Shown: positions 38,557-46,759 of the stretch, piece after piece
How positions within the stretch are numbered: position 1 is the stretch's first letter
Layout of the letters: every line of letters begins with the position of its first letter
Assembly (NCBI GenBank): GCA_963741995.1
Contig: CAVUKI010000003.1
Span: 220,889-284,888, forward strand
Origin: an uncultured Acidimicrobiaceae bacterium
GTDB lineage: Bacteria > Actinomycetota > Acidimicrobiia > Acidimicrobiales > RAAP-2
Reading direction: 5' to 3'
Length of the DNA stretch: 64,000 nucleotides
Notes under the pieces: generated by a model
What the model was told of the DNA's origin: nothing
What the model saw: the letters and a program-made list of their open reading frames with translations, nothing else
Database searches by the model: none
Translations under genes and position numbers: made by a program

Positions 38557-39966
38557 TCAACCACTTCCGTTTCCGCTCCGCGCCATGAGCCCATCGAAGG
38601 CTTCATCAATGCCATGACAGAAGGCGTCGACATCGGGGCAGACGGTGGGATCCGTGAGTACCCCGAAGTTGAGCTGGTCCAAATACGAGAGGACCGCGAC
38701 GCCGAGGCCCTGGTTTCCCACGAGCGGCACCAGGGGAAAGGCCTCGAGCATCCGTGCCCCGAGCGCGTAGAGCGGGACGTTTGGACCGGGCACGTTCGTG
38801 ACGATCAAGTTGAAGAATGGCTGGCGTTGGACCAGCCAGCCCAGAGCGGCCAGTGCCGTCTGCGGCAGAGGCTCGAGGATCCGCAGGGCAGCATCGGCCA
38901 CCAGCTCCTGATGCTGTTCCTTTTGCTCTCGGGTCTGTGAGGAGATGGCCGCAAAGGTTTGCTCGGCGTCGCCAGACCCGACCGGGAGTTTGACGAGCAG
39001 GCCCGAGACCCGGTTGGCCATGCCCCGGGTCGGCCCGGTGGACAGGCCGACGGGGACCAAGGCGTTGAACACCTCCTCCTGCGTCCCGGAGGCTCGACCC
39101 AGCATTTCGTGGAGGCCTTGTGCCACGAGGGTCAAAACGACGTCATTGACGGTGCCACCTCGGGCGTGCGCGATGGCACGGATGTCCTCGAGCGGCAACC
39201 GAACGAGACGGATCCGGCGCTCGGGACCGATCTGTTGATTCAGAGTCGACGCGGGAGCCAGTGGTCCGGCCCGGAGCATCCCTGCGGTCGCGTCCAGTTT
39301 CGTCGTCCATATCCGAGCGCGTCGGAGCGGGTGTATCGCTGTCCAGCCGGCCCATGCGACCAACCGGACGCCGATCCCGCCGAGGCGCCAGAGATCGCGG
39401 GAGGCATCGACGAGGAACGGCACCGACGCCTCGGGTCGCCAAGGGACGGCCGCCGTTTGTGCGGGGCACTCCGGGGAGAGATCGAGCAGGACCATGGCGA
39501 GCTCGGCCGCGGCAATGCCATCGGCCATCGAATGGTGCAGCTTCTCAATCAGGGCGACGTGGCCGCTGTCGAGTCCTTCGACGAAGATCAGCTCCCACAA
39601 GGGCCGGCCCGGCGTGAGCGGCGTGGAGACCACCGCGGCGCACAATTCGAGAAACTGCGCTTCAGTGCCCGGGGCTGACAACCGCCGCCGAGTGACGTGG
39701 TGTGCGATGTCAAAGGTAGGATCGTCGCACCACACGGGGGGCGCCTCGACCAAGGTGCCTGGTCGGGCGATCTGGCGCAGCTTGGGGACCAGCTCGAGTC
39801 GGGAGGAGATCAATTGGCGAAGGTCCTGTAAGCGGAGGACACCGTGCTCGTCGAGCAGCGGTTCCGCTTCGAAGAGCGCGATAGAGACCATGTGCATCGG
39901 TGTGCGATCGGACTCGACCCGAAGAAACATCGCGTCGAGCGGCGACAGTTCCGCGCCGGGTGTCAC
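38557..39966 (-). CDS. wax ester synthase/diacylglycerol acyltransferase (WS/DGAT, Tgs-like)
   Basis: 469 aa. Catalytic HHSMADG (HHxxxDG) motif and family-typical length. Confidence 0.85.
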   Translation of the reverse strand: MTPGAELSPLDAMFLRVESDRTPMHMVSIALFEAEPLLDEHGVLRLQDLRQLISSRLELVPKLRQIARPGTLVEAPPVWCDDPTFDIAHHVTRRRLSAPGTEAQFLELCAAVVSTPLTPGRPLWELIFVEGLDSGHVALIEKLHHSMADGIAAAELAMVLLDLSPECPAQTAAVPWRPEASVPFLVDASRDLWRLGGIGVRLVAWAGWTAIHPLRRARIWTTKLDATAGMLRAGPLAPASTLNQQIGPERRIRLVRLPLEDIRAIAHARGGTVNDVVLTLVAQGLHEMLGRASGTQEEVFNALVPVGLSTGPTRGMANRVSGLLVKLPVGSGDAEQTFAAISSQTREQKEQHQELVADAALRILEPLPQTALAALGWLVQRQPFFNLIVTNVPGPNVPLYALGARMLEAFPLVPLVGNQGLGVAVLSYLDQLNFGVLTDPTVCPDVDAFCHGIDEAFDGLMARSGNGSG

Positions 39967-40088
39967 GGCGACACCCTCCGGCGAGGGAGCCAGATGGGAG
40001 GCAGGCGCGGCATCACGAGGTCATCGCACATGATCAGATCCTGAGTCGTTTCGCTGTGGACCGCTACCGACCTAGCTCCTGTGCCGGA

Positions 40089-40102
40089 GGGACGTTCTTC
40101 CC
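40089..40102. promoter_or_regulatory. weak DosR-like box GGGACGTTCTTCCC
   Basis: Lies 37-50 nt upstream of ATG 40139 and about 125 nt upstream of the divergent WS/DGAT start. One mismatch in the right half. Confidence 0.4.
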
Positions 40103-40138
40103 TAGCCGTAACAGTGACCCGTCGTGCACACTCGCAGT

Positions 40139-40832
40139 ATGGAGACCGGCGCGGACGTGGAGTCCGGAGACCTTGCTCGACGGATCACCAATCGTTGCCA
40201 GGAGCTTGGTCTGACCGCGGAGGACCTGGCCCGACAAGCCGGTGTGGATCCCCGCTTCCTGGAGTATTTCGAGCGGCACGCTGAACAGCTGGGCACTGGG
40301 ACGCTCACCAGGATGGCTCACGTTCTTCAGGTCTCTCCGGCCAGCCTTCTCGGTGGTGACAGGAACGGAGCGTCGGGAAGCGCTAGCGCACTGCCAGGGG
40401 CCATTCTTGAACCACTGACACCGGCGCAGTGTCGGTCGCATCTCGAGGCCGGGGGTGTCGGGAGGGTCATCTTTTGCGCATCCCGCGGCCCCGTAGCCCT
40501 TCCGGTGAACTACTGGTTCGAAAGGCCAGGTGCTCTTCAATACGAGGCTGAACACGGCGAAGGTTCTCGAGTCCCAGGGCACTGTCGGTTTTGAGATCGA
40601 CCGCATCGATGACGTCTTTAGCGAGGGCTGGAGCGTCATCGTGACCGGGTCTGTTCGCCTACTGGACCATCCGGACAGTCTCCTCCAGCATGCGGCGCGG
40701 GGGATCAAGCCGTGGGCGGGGGGAGCTCGGGACGCCGTCGTTGCTATCACCGCCGAGGAAGTCACCGGACGGGCCATCATCCATGACGGCTCGTTACCGC
40801 GGGACGCCCTTCTTTCGGATGCTCAGGACTGA
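40139..40832 (+). pseudogene. XRE-HTH/PPOX-like fusion (paralog of 25635..26339), frameshift at the A-run 40521-40523
   Basis: ORF 40124..40594 reads through ..PVALPVNYWFE. ORF 40530..40832 in another frame continues VLFNTRLNTAKVLESQGTVGFEIDRIDDVFSEGWSV, collinear with the paralog. Confidence 0.6.
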
Positions 40833-40996
40833 CCTCTCGATCGGGCGGAAGTCGGACTGAAGACGAGGTGATGGACTCAAGGTCCCGCTGAGAGGGACTG
40901 GGTCCGCCGGGCAGGTATGGCTGCAGGAATCAGATGGGTAGCAATCCCTCGCATCGGGCAGACCAGAGGCGGGCAGTCCCCGCGTTCGCCAGTCTG

Positions 40997-41530
40997 TCAG
41001 ACACAGCGTGGGCCGATCTCCATCGTCAGCTCAACAACGTCGTAGCTGCGAGTCTGGGACACGGGGAAACCTGAACCGTGAAACAGGGCGAGCATTGTGG
41101 AGTTCTCAGCGAGAACGCTGGCTTTGAACTCACCGATCCCGGCCCGCCGGGCTGTTTCAACTAGTCGCTCGAAGAGCATGCTCCCCAATCGGTGGTGCTG
41201 GAACTCATCGGCAACGACGAAAGCCACTTCCGCACAGCAGTGATCGTCGAGCCGGTCATAGCGGCCGACCGCGACGATCTCACCATCGTGCTCGACCACA
41301 TAGGCCACCCGGTCGAACCCATCGACAGACGTGAGGTGGGCGACCTCTTCGGCTCGGAGCTCGAGGTGCGGGTAGAAGTAGCGCATGTGGATCGTCCGGC
41401 GGCTCAGACGAGCGTGGAATCGGACGAGCGCTGCCGCGTCGGTCGGCTCGATCGGCCGAATCGTGAAGCCGCAATCGCCACATTGACCCTCAGCGCTGGT
41501 TGGGATGGCCCCTGCCGTCATCACGGTCAT
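40997..41530 (-). CDS. GNAT-family N-acetyltransferase (paralog of 28158..28832)
   Basis: 177 aa. IHMRYFYP..EVAHLTSVDGFDRVAYV and QHHRLGSMLFERL are collinear with the other GNAT. Confidence 0.75.
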   Translation of the reverse strand: MTVMTAGAIPTSAEGQCGDCGFTIRPIEPTDAAALVRFHARLSRRTIHMRYFYPHLELRAEEVAHLTSVDGFDRVAYVVEHDGEIVAVGRYDRLDDHCCAEVAFVVADEFQHHRLGSMLFERLVETARRAGIGEFKASVLAENSTMLALFHGSGFPVSQTRSYDVVELTMEIGPRCV

Positions 41531-41565
41531 AGACGCAGGGTGACATCGAAATGATTCTCCCGATA

Positions 41566-41579
41566 GGGAGATTGGTCCC
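41566..41579. promoter_or_regulatory. DosR-like box GGGAGATTGGTCCC
   Basis: Lies 36-49 nt upstream of the GNAT start at 41530. Confidence 0.55.
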
Positions 41580-41614
41580 CTGTGCGGGGGAGGTTTCTCC
41601 AGCTCGCAGCCTCG

Positions 41615-41782
41615 TCAGGAGGCGGACACCGTCGTGCCGGCGCCGCCCACGAGCAAAGCCTCCGCATCGGCCAGCCGGCCGGTGACTGGCCGTCCACCGC
41701 TCGCCTCCACGAATTTGCAGGCAGCCTCGACCTTGGGGCCCATAGATCCCTGCGGGAAGTTCGTCGCTGCCAGCTCGGCCAC
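41615..41782 (-). pseudogene. C-terminal remnant of a carbamate kinase gene
   Basis: Translation VAELAATNFPQGSMGPKVEAACKFVEASGGRPVTGRLADAEALLVGGAGTTVS matches the conserved carbamate kinase C-terminus (GSMGPKV.AA..F...G...IG.L......G.AGT.V). No upstream kinase body. Confidence 0.5.
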
Positions 41783-41864
41783 GCTCGCATGGCGAAGCGG
41801 GCGGGCCGGAGTCCGTCCGCCCTGACCGCTCCAGCACGAGCAGTGACTCATCTCCCGGTTGCCC

Positions 41865-41878
41865 GGGACCTTTTGGCC
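41865..41878. promoter_or_regulatory. weak DosR-like half-site GGGACCTTTTGGCC
   Basis: Perfect left half and degenerate right half. Lies 65-78 nt upstream of the USP start at 41943. Confidence 0.25.
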
Positions 41879-41942
41879 TATTCGGTCCCCTTCCGGATCC
41901 TGGACGATGGCATGGTGAATCCGAAGTTCGAAGGAGACTGCA

Positions 41943-42380
41943 ATGACGACTGACGAGATCACACAGTCAACCGAGCGCAGGATCGTGGTCGGCGTGGACG
42001 GTTCGCCCTGTGCCATCCGGGCCCTCGAATTCGCCGCCCACGAGGCCGCCCGCTGCGGTGCCCTGTTGCACGTCGTCAGCGTCTATCACGAGCTCCCCGC
42101 CGCCGGCTGCGTCGTCTACCCGATGGGTCTGATCGAGACATCGGCAAACGCGATTGTCTCCATCGCGCTCCGGCGGGCCGAAGAGCTCGAGCCCACTCTT
42201 GTCGCGAAAGGAGAGGCAATGCTCGCCGGCCCGGGGCCGGGACTCACCCAGATCAGTGAGGGTGCCACTGCCCTCGTCGTCGGCACCCGGGGCCACAACC
42301 AGGTCGCCGGATTTTTCGTGGGGTCGGTGTCCGAGTACGTCCTTCACCACGCGACGTGCACGACCATCGTGGTGCGCTGA
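41943..42380 (+). CDS. universal stress protein
   Basis: 145 aa. RIVVGVDGSP N-terminus and VVGTRGHNQVAGFFVGSVS motif. Confidence 0.8.
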   Translation: MTTDEITQSTERRIVVGVDGSPCAIRALEFAAHEAARCGALLHVVSVYHELPAAGCVVYPMGLIETSANAIVSIALRRAEELEPTLVAKGEAMLAGPGPGLTQISEGATALVVGTRGHNQVAGFFVGSVSEYVLHHATCTTIVVR

Positions 42381-42381
42381 G

Positions 42382-42981
42382 ATGGTCGTTACTTCTCGCC
42401 TGCCCGAGGCGGAGCACTTCTTGGGTCCCCACCCGCGTCCGGTCGACTCCCCCCCGCTGGCGCACGATCTGGCGGCAGCCGCCGACGAGTTGGGCGCCGT
42501 CGATGCGCTGTTGGCGACCTACCGGGAGCAGGAATCGTCCCGCGAGTCGCTTCAGCGCGCGCGCGACGCGGAGCGCGAGCGCTTCGTCCGAGAGGCAGGC
42601 CACGCGCTCGAGTACATCGTCAAGCCGGCTTTCTCGGCCGTCGTCCACCGTCTCAATCACGACGGCGGGGGTGGACTGATCACCGAGCGGGCTGCCAACG
42701 GCCCACGCGGACAGCGCATCACTTTGTGGCTGTCTCCAGAGGGTCCGCTACCCGATGCGCCCCGTGTCGATCGCTTCCCCTACATTCAGATCGATGTCGA
42801 CGTGCCGGCCCGCGTGTTCGGGGTCTGGGAGGGCGATATGTGGAACCGCCGTGGTGCGAGCAGAACGACGAGGCCCTTCACGCTTGAGACTCTGACTACA
42901 GACGAGGTGACGAAACGCGCTATAGGCGTGTTGCGCCGAGTGGTAGCTCTCGATGCCCCTCCCGTGGAGCCCGAGCAGTGA
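42382..42981 (+). CDS. hypothetical protein
   Basis: 199 aa from the in-frame ATG, 2 nt after the USP stop. Overlaps the next gene by 4 nt. No family recognised. Confidence 0.5.
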   Translation: MVVTSRLPEAEHFLGPHPRPVDSPPLAHDLAAAADELGAVDALLATYREQESSRESLQRARDAERERFVREAGHALEYIVKPAFSAVVHRLNHDGGGGLITERAANGPRGQRITLWLSPEGPLPDAPRVDRFPYIQIDVDVPARVFGVWEGDMWNRRGASRTTRPFTLETLTTDEVTKRAIGVLRRVVALDAPPVEPEQ

Positions 42982-43394
42982 CCACCGACCAGCGCGGTTC
43001 ACGTGTGCTCGACCCCGGCGAGTGCTGGGCGCTTCTCGCCCAGGTCGCCCCGTCGAGCGTCGGGAGGATCGCCGTCAATGGTGAGCCCTCGCCCCATGTG
43101 ATCCCGGTCAATTTCTCAGTCACGGGCACCTCGATCTTGGTGCGCCTGGGTGCTGGCTGGACGGCCTTTCACCTCGACGGCGTCGATTGCACCTTCGAGG
43201 TCGACGACGCGCCACCCCATGGGCGGGCGGGCTGGAGTGTCGTGATCGAGGGCAATGCGCGCATCGTGCCCTACGACGAGGCGGGACGCCTCGGAAAGAA
43301 GCTCCCAAGGCCCCGTGTCCCTCGGCCTGGCGTTCGGGTCTTCGAGATCGTCGAGACCAACGTGACAGGTCGCTCCCTCGACAACGAGTTCTGA
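42978..43394 (+). CDS. pyridoxamine-5'-phosphate-oxidase-like (PPOX) family protein
   Basis: 138 aa. ECWALL..VGRIAV..PHVIPVNF..GWSVVIEG pattern is shared with the C-terminal halves of 25635..26339 and 40139..40832. Confidence 0.7.
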   Translation: MTTDQRGSRVLDPGECWALLAQVAPSSVGRIAVNGEPSPHVIPVNFSVTGTSILVRLGAGWTAFHLDGVDCTFEVDDAPPHGRAGWSVVIEGNARIVPYDEAGRLGKKLPRPRVPRPGVRVFEIVETNVTGRSLDNEF

Positions 43395-43419
43395 GGGTAA
43401 CTCCCCAGGTCAGCAGCCC

Positions 43420-43433
43420 GGGAAATTGGTCCC
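43420..43433. promoter_or_regulatory. DosR-like box GGGAAATTGGTCCC
   Basis: Lies 89-102 nt upstream of the adh start at 43522. Confidence 0.55.
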
Positions 43434-43521
43434 TACCGGTGGGGACGTTCCTCCGTAGAGCGACGGGCTTCGAAGGTCTTGGATGGAGGCCAGAGCGACA
43501 AAGTCAGCCGAGGAGGTAGCC

Positions 43522-44538
43522 ATGAAGGCCGCAGTCGTCACCAGTTTCGACCAGCCCCTTGAGATCCGAGACGTCCCAACTCCCACGCCCGGGCACGGTG
43601 AAGTCCTGGTGAAGGTGGAGACCTCGGGCCTGTGCCACACCGACATCCACGCGGCTCACGGCGACTGGCCGGTCAAGCCCAACCCGCCGTTCATTCCTGG
43701 CCACGAAGGCGTCGGCATCGTCGAACGTGTGGGGCGTGGAGTGAAGGGTCTCCGCGAGGGCGACCGCGTGGCTGTGCCGTGGCTCGGCTGGGCGTGTGGG
43801 GCCTGCGAGCTCTGTGCATCGGGCTGGGAGACGCTGTGTCCCAACGCTCGCTTCACCGGTTACAACGTCAATGGCGGGTTTGCCGATTACGTCCTTGCCG
43901 AGGCGGCCTTTGCCGGCAGGGTGCCTGACGGCATCGACCCCCTCGACGCTGCCCCGCTCACCTGCGCGGGTGTGACGACATACAAGGCCGTCAAGGTCTC
44001 AGGTGCTCGCTCCTCGGATCTCGTTGCCGTATTCGGCATCGGTGGTCTTGGTCACCTCGCGGTCCAGTACGCGCGGATCGCCGGGGCCACTGTCGCCGCC
44101 GTTGACGTGATCGACGCCAAGCTCGAGGTGGCCAAGATGCTTGGCGCGTCCTACACGCTGAACTCGTCCAACCAGGACCCGATTGCCGAGCTGCAGGCAC
44201 TGGGCGGGGCTGACGTGGCAATCGTCCTGGCGGCATCGCCGAGGGCCTACGAGCAAGCCTTCGCCAGTCTGCGTCCCAATGGCACCTTGGTCGGCGTCGG
44301 CCTCCCAGCCGACAACATAATGCAGCTGCCCATTTTCGAGATGGTGCTCCGCGGCATCAAAATCGTGGGCTCCCTGGTGGGGACTCGAGTCGACCTCAAG
44401 GAAACCTTCGAGCTGCACGCCGACCATCGGACCGAGATAGTGCGAGAGTCGCGGCGCCTCGACCAAGTGAACGAATCGATTGAACAGGTCGAACGCGGCG
44501 AGATCGAGGCTCGGATCGTCTTCGACTTCCGCAACTAG
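43522..44538 (+). CDS. zinc-dependent alcohol dehydrogenase (AdhP/AdhA-like)
   Basis: ATG preceded by GAGGAGG. CHTDIHA and GHEGVG zinc motifs, Cys cluster CGACELCASGWETLC and GIGGLGH. Confidence 0.85.
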   Translation: MKAAVVTSFDQPLEIRDVPTPTPGHGEVLVKVETSGLCHTDIHAAHGDWPVKPNPPFIPGHEGVGIVERVGRGVKGLREGDRVAVPWLGWACGACELCASGWETLCPNARFTGYNVNGGFADYVLAEAAFAGRVPDGIDPLDAAPLTCAGVTTYKAVKVSGARSSDLVAVFGIGGLGHLAVQYARIAGATVAAVDVIDAKLEVAKMLGASYTLNSSNQDPIAELQALGGADVAIVLAASPRAYEQAFASLRPNGTLVGVGLPADNIMQLPIFEMVLRGIKIVGSLVGTRVDLKETFELHADHRTEIVRESRRLDQVNESIEQVERGEIEARIVFDFRN

Positions 44539-44597
44539 GTTCGAGCAAGAGACCAGAGTGAGCGTTTCGGCTGACTGAGAAGTAAAGGAGCGCCATC

Positions 44598-44957
44598 GTG
44601 ATCACGGAGTTGAGTGAGTTACCTCCGAATGTCGTCGGGTTTGAGGTGACGGAAAAGGTTCTGGCACAGGACTTCCTCGACGTCGTGCTCCCTGCCTTCG
44701 AGAGAGCGGCGAAGGCCGGAGAGTTCCGAGCCGTCATCGTCATTCCTGATTTCGAAGGGATGTCCGGCGGTGCTCTCTGGGAGGACCTGAAGATCGGCGT
44801 ACCCCACCTGCGTGACTGGAAGCGCATTGCCTTGGTGACCGACATCGACTGGATGATCCATCTGACGCAGTTGTTCGGCTGGATGACACCAGGAGATGTG
44901 AAGGTCTTTCCCCTCCGCGAACGCGATGAGGCGATCGAGTGGGCAGCAAGCGCCTAG
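44598..44957 (+). CDS. SpoIIAA-like STAS/SEC14-type small protein
   Basis: 119 aa. The pattern NVVGFEV..G.V...D..WKRIALVTD..W resembles the DUF3478/STAS-like family from memory. Confidence 0.5.
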   Translation: MITELSELPPNVVGFEVTEKVLAQDFLDVVLPAFERAAKAGEFRAVIVIPDFEGMSGGALWEDLKIGVPHLRDWKRIALVTDIDWMIHLTQLFGWMTPGDVKVFPLRERDEAIEWAASA

Positions 44958-45042
44958 CAACGGCCCTTGGCACTTCGCACTTCCTCCTCCTCGCCAGCGA
45001 GCACCATTCTCTCTCTCAGCTCGAGATCGACCAGATCTCCGG

Positions 45043-45381
45043 TCATCCCTTCACGTACGAGAGCTTCTCCGCCACCTTGTCATTCCGCACCGGGAACAGG
45101 TCCACGCCCCTGACATGGCCTCCGTCCCAGGTGTAGCGCCACCGCTGGACCACTCGATCGCCGGTGCCAAAGGTCTCTTCGGCCTCGAAGCTGGCATTGA
45201 GATCGTCGAAGATCGGCTGCCACGCCTTGCGGATCTCGTCTCGTCCGACGGAACGGGTCCCATCGGGAGCAGGAGCTGTGCTGTCGAACACGCAGTCCTC
45301 GGTCACGAGATCCAAGGCCGCGTCGAGGTCGTGTTGCGCCCATGCGGTGCCGAATGTGTCGACGACCCGCAGTGGATCCAC
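45043..45381 (-). CDS. SnoaL-like / NTF2-fold protein
   Basis: About 112 aa from GTG 45381, with AGGA upstream and 5 nt after the cupin stop. An alternative start at 45417 would overlap the cupin gene. Has an NTF2-like D..A..L...D.VF pattern. Confidence 0.55.
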   Translation of the reverse strand: MDPLRVVDTFGTAWAQHDLDAALDLVTEDCVFDSTAPAPDGTRSVGRDEIRKAWQPIFDDLNASFEAEETFGTGDRVVQRWRYTWDGGHVRGVDLFPVRNDKVAEKLSYVKG

Positions 45382-45386
45382 GGGTC

Positions 45387-45740
45387 CTACTTCGCGTAAT
45401 TGCTGGCGCCGAACCAATCCACCGTCACGACGGGATCGTCACCCACCACCCAGGCGTCATGACCACTCGGCAAGGAGGTGACGTCGCCCGGCCCCGCCTC
45501 CATCTCGGTGCCGTCGTCCATGACGATAGCCAGGCGCCCGCTGACGTGGTATTGAAAATGGGGCGCTTCACAGCTCTCAGTCCCAGCGATGGCCTTGACG
45601 TCGTTCGACCAGCGCCATCCGGGCTCGAACACGAGCCGTCCGACCTCGCCGCCTCCGATCTTGATGATCTCCGCCCGACCGTGGGGAAACTCGCGGGTCT
45701 CGTCGGGAGTGGCGAAACAACGGTGCTCCGTCTGTTGCAT
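45387..45740 (-). CDS. cupin-domain protein
   Basis: 117 aa from ATG 45740. A small beta-barrel pattern (G..H.H...E..YV..G) is partly visible. Divergent from the TetR gene. Confidence 0.55.
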   Translation of the reverse strand: MQQTEHRCFATPDETREFPHGRAEIIKIGGGEVGRLVFEPGWRWSNDVKAIAGTESCEAPHFQYHVSGRLAIVMDDGTEMEAGPGDVTSLPSGHDAWVVGDDPVVTVDWFGASNYAK

Positions 45741-45790
45741 GGCGCCAAACCTGCCTTCGGCCGACCCCCGAGGTCGACTGACGCTATCCT

Positions 45791-45806
45791 GACCTACCAG
45801 TAAGTC
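45791..45806. promoter_or_regulatory. candidate TetR operator GACCTAC-CA-GTAAGTC
   Basis: A 16-bp imperfect palindrome (6/7 arm matches) in the 87-nt divergent cupin/TetR intergenic region. Confidence 0.35.
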
Positions 45807-45827
45807 AATGTCAACGGTGGAGGTGCG

Positions 45828-46454
45828 ATGGCGGTACGGCAACAGGGGGGCGGGCTTCATACCGCGGCGCAGATCCTCGACGTGGCCGAGCGGCTCGTTC
45901 AGAGTCGGGGCTTCAACGGCTTCAGCTACGCCGACGTGGCCGCCGAGTTGACCATCACGAAGCCGGCCTTGCACTACCACTTCGCCAGTAAGGCGGAGCT
46001 CGGCGAGGCGTTGATCATCCGCTACGCCGGGCGCTTTGCTGCTGCGCTCGATGACCTTGACGCCACAGCCCCAGACGGCCCGGCCAAGCTCGAGGGCTAT
46101 GTCAATCTGTACCTGGACGTGTTGCGAGACAAGCGGATGTGTCTCTGCGGGATGTTGGCCGCCGAGTACCAGACTCTTCCCGTAGCGATGCGAGATGCCG
46201 TGCTCGGCTTCTTCGATGACAACGAGAGGTGGCTGGAAAAGGTCCTCCGACAAGGGCGAACTCAAGGCACTTTGCACTTTGAGGGGAGCGCACGGGACGA
46301 GGCGCGCCTGATCGTTGCCGGGCTAGAGGGAGCCATGCTGATCGCTCGCCCTTTCGGCGATACCGCTCGCTTCGAAGTGGCGGCATCGCACATGGTGCAC
46401 GACATCATCACCCCAACGTCCAACAGCGCCAATGGTGGAAAGGCACGCCGATAA
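45828..46454 (+). CDS. TetR-family transcriptional regulator
   Basis: 208 aa. N-terminal [28 protein letters not shown]. Confidence 0.85.
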   Translation: MAVRQQGGGLHTAAQILDVAERLVQSRGFNGFSYADVAAELTITKPALHYHFASKAELGEALIIRYAGRFAAALDDLDATAPDGPAKLEGYVNLYLDVLRDKRMCLCGMLAAEYQTLPVAMRDAVLGFFDDNERWLEKVLRQGRTQGTLHFEGSARDEARLIVAGLEGAMLIARPFGDTARFEVAASHMVHDIITPTSNSANGGKARR

Positions 46455-46506
46455 CCGGCGTCCGCGGAATTGTGGCCGTGGCGCCTTCGCGCCCTACGGC
46501 TACTAC

Positions 46507-46740
46507 ATGGTTGCCTCGGACGGCGGCCTCTTCACCTACGGCGACGCCAGCTTCCTCGGCTTGGCCGGTTCGCTTCCCCTCAACAAACCAGTCGTCGGCA
46601 TGGCGGCCACGCCGGACGGCGGTGGCTACTGGTTGGTCGCGACGGACGGAGGCATCTTCAATTACGGCGACGCCAACTTCTATGGCTCAACGGGCTCCAT
46701 TGTGCTCAACCAACCCGTCGTCGGGATGGCTGCCGGCTGA
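46507..46740 (+). other. short ORF consisting of two ~40-aa repeats (DGG-F-YGDA-F-GS..LN-PVVGMA); probable fragment of a beta-propeller-type repeat protein
   Basis: The internal repeat is visible in the translation ([29 protein letters not shown] / [30 protein letters not shown]). No signal peptide and only two units. Confidence 0.4.
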
Positions 46741-46759
46741 TTGCACCGCCTGCGTAACC

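Noticed and set aside
40878-40915. GGACTCAAGGTCC and GGGACTGGGTCC, two box-like sequences.
   Set aside because: Their spacing is wrong (N5 and N3). They lie downstream of two convergent genes, so no promoter is available. They may be decayed sites.
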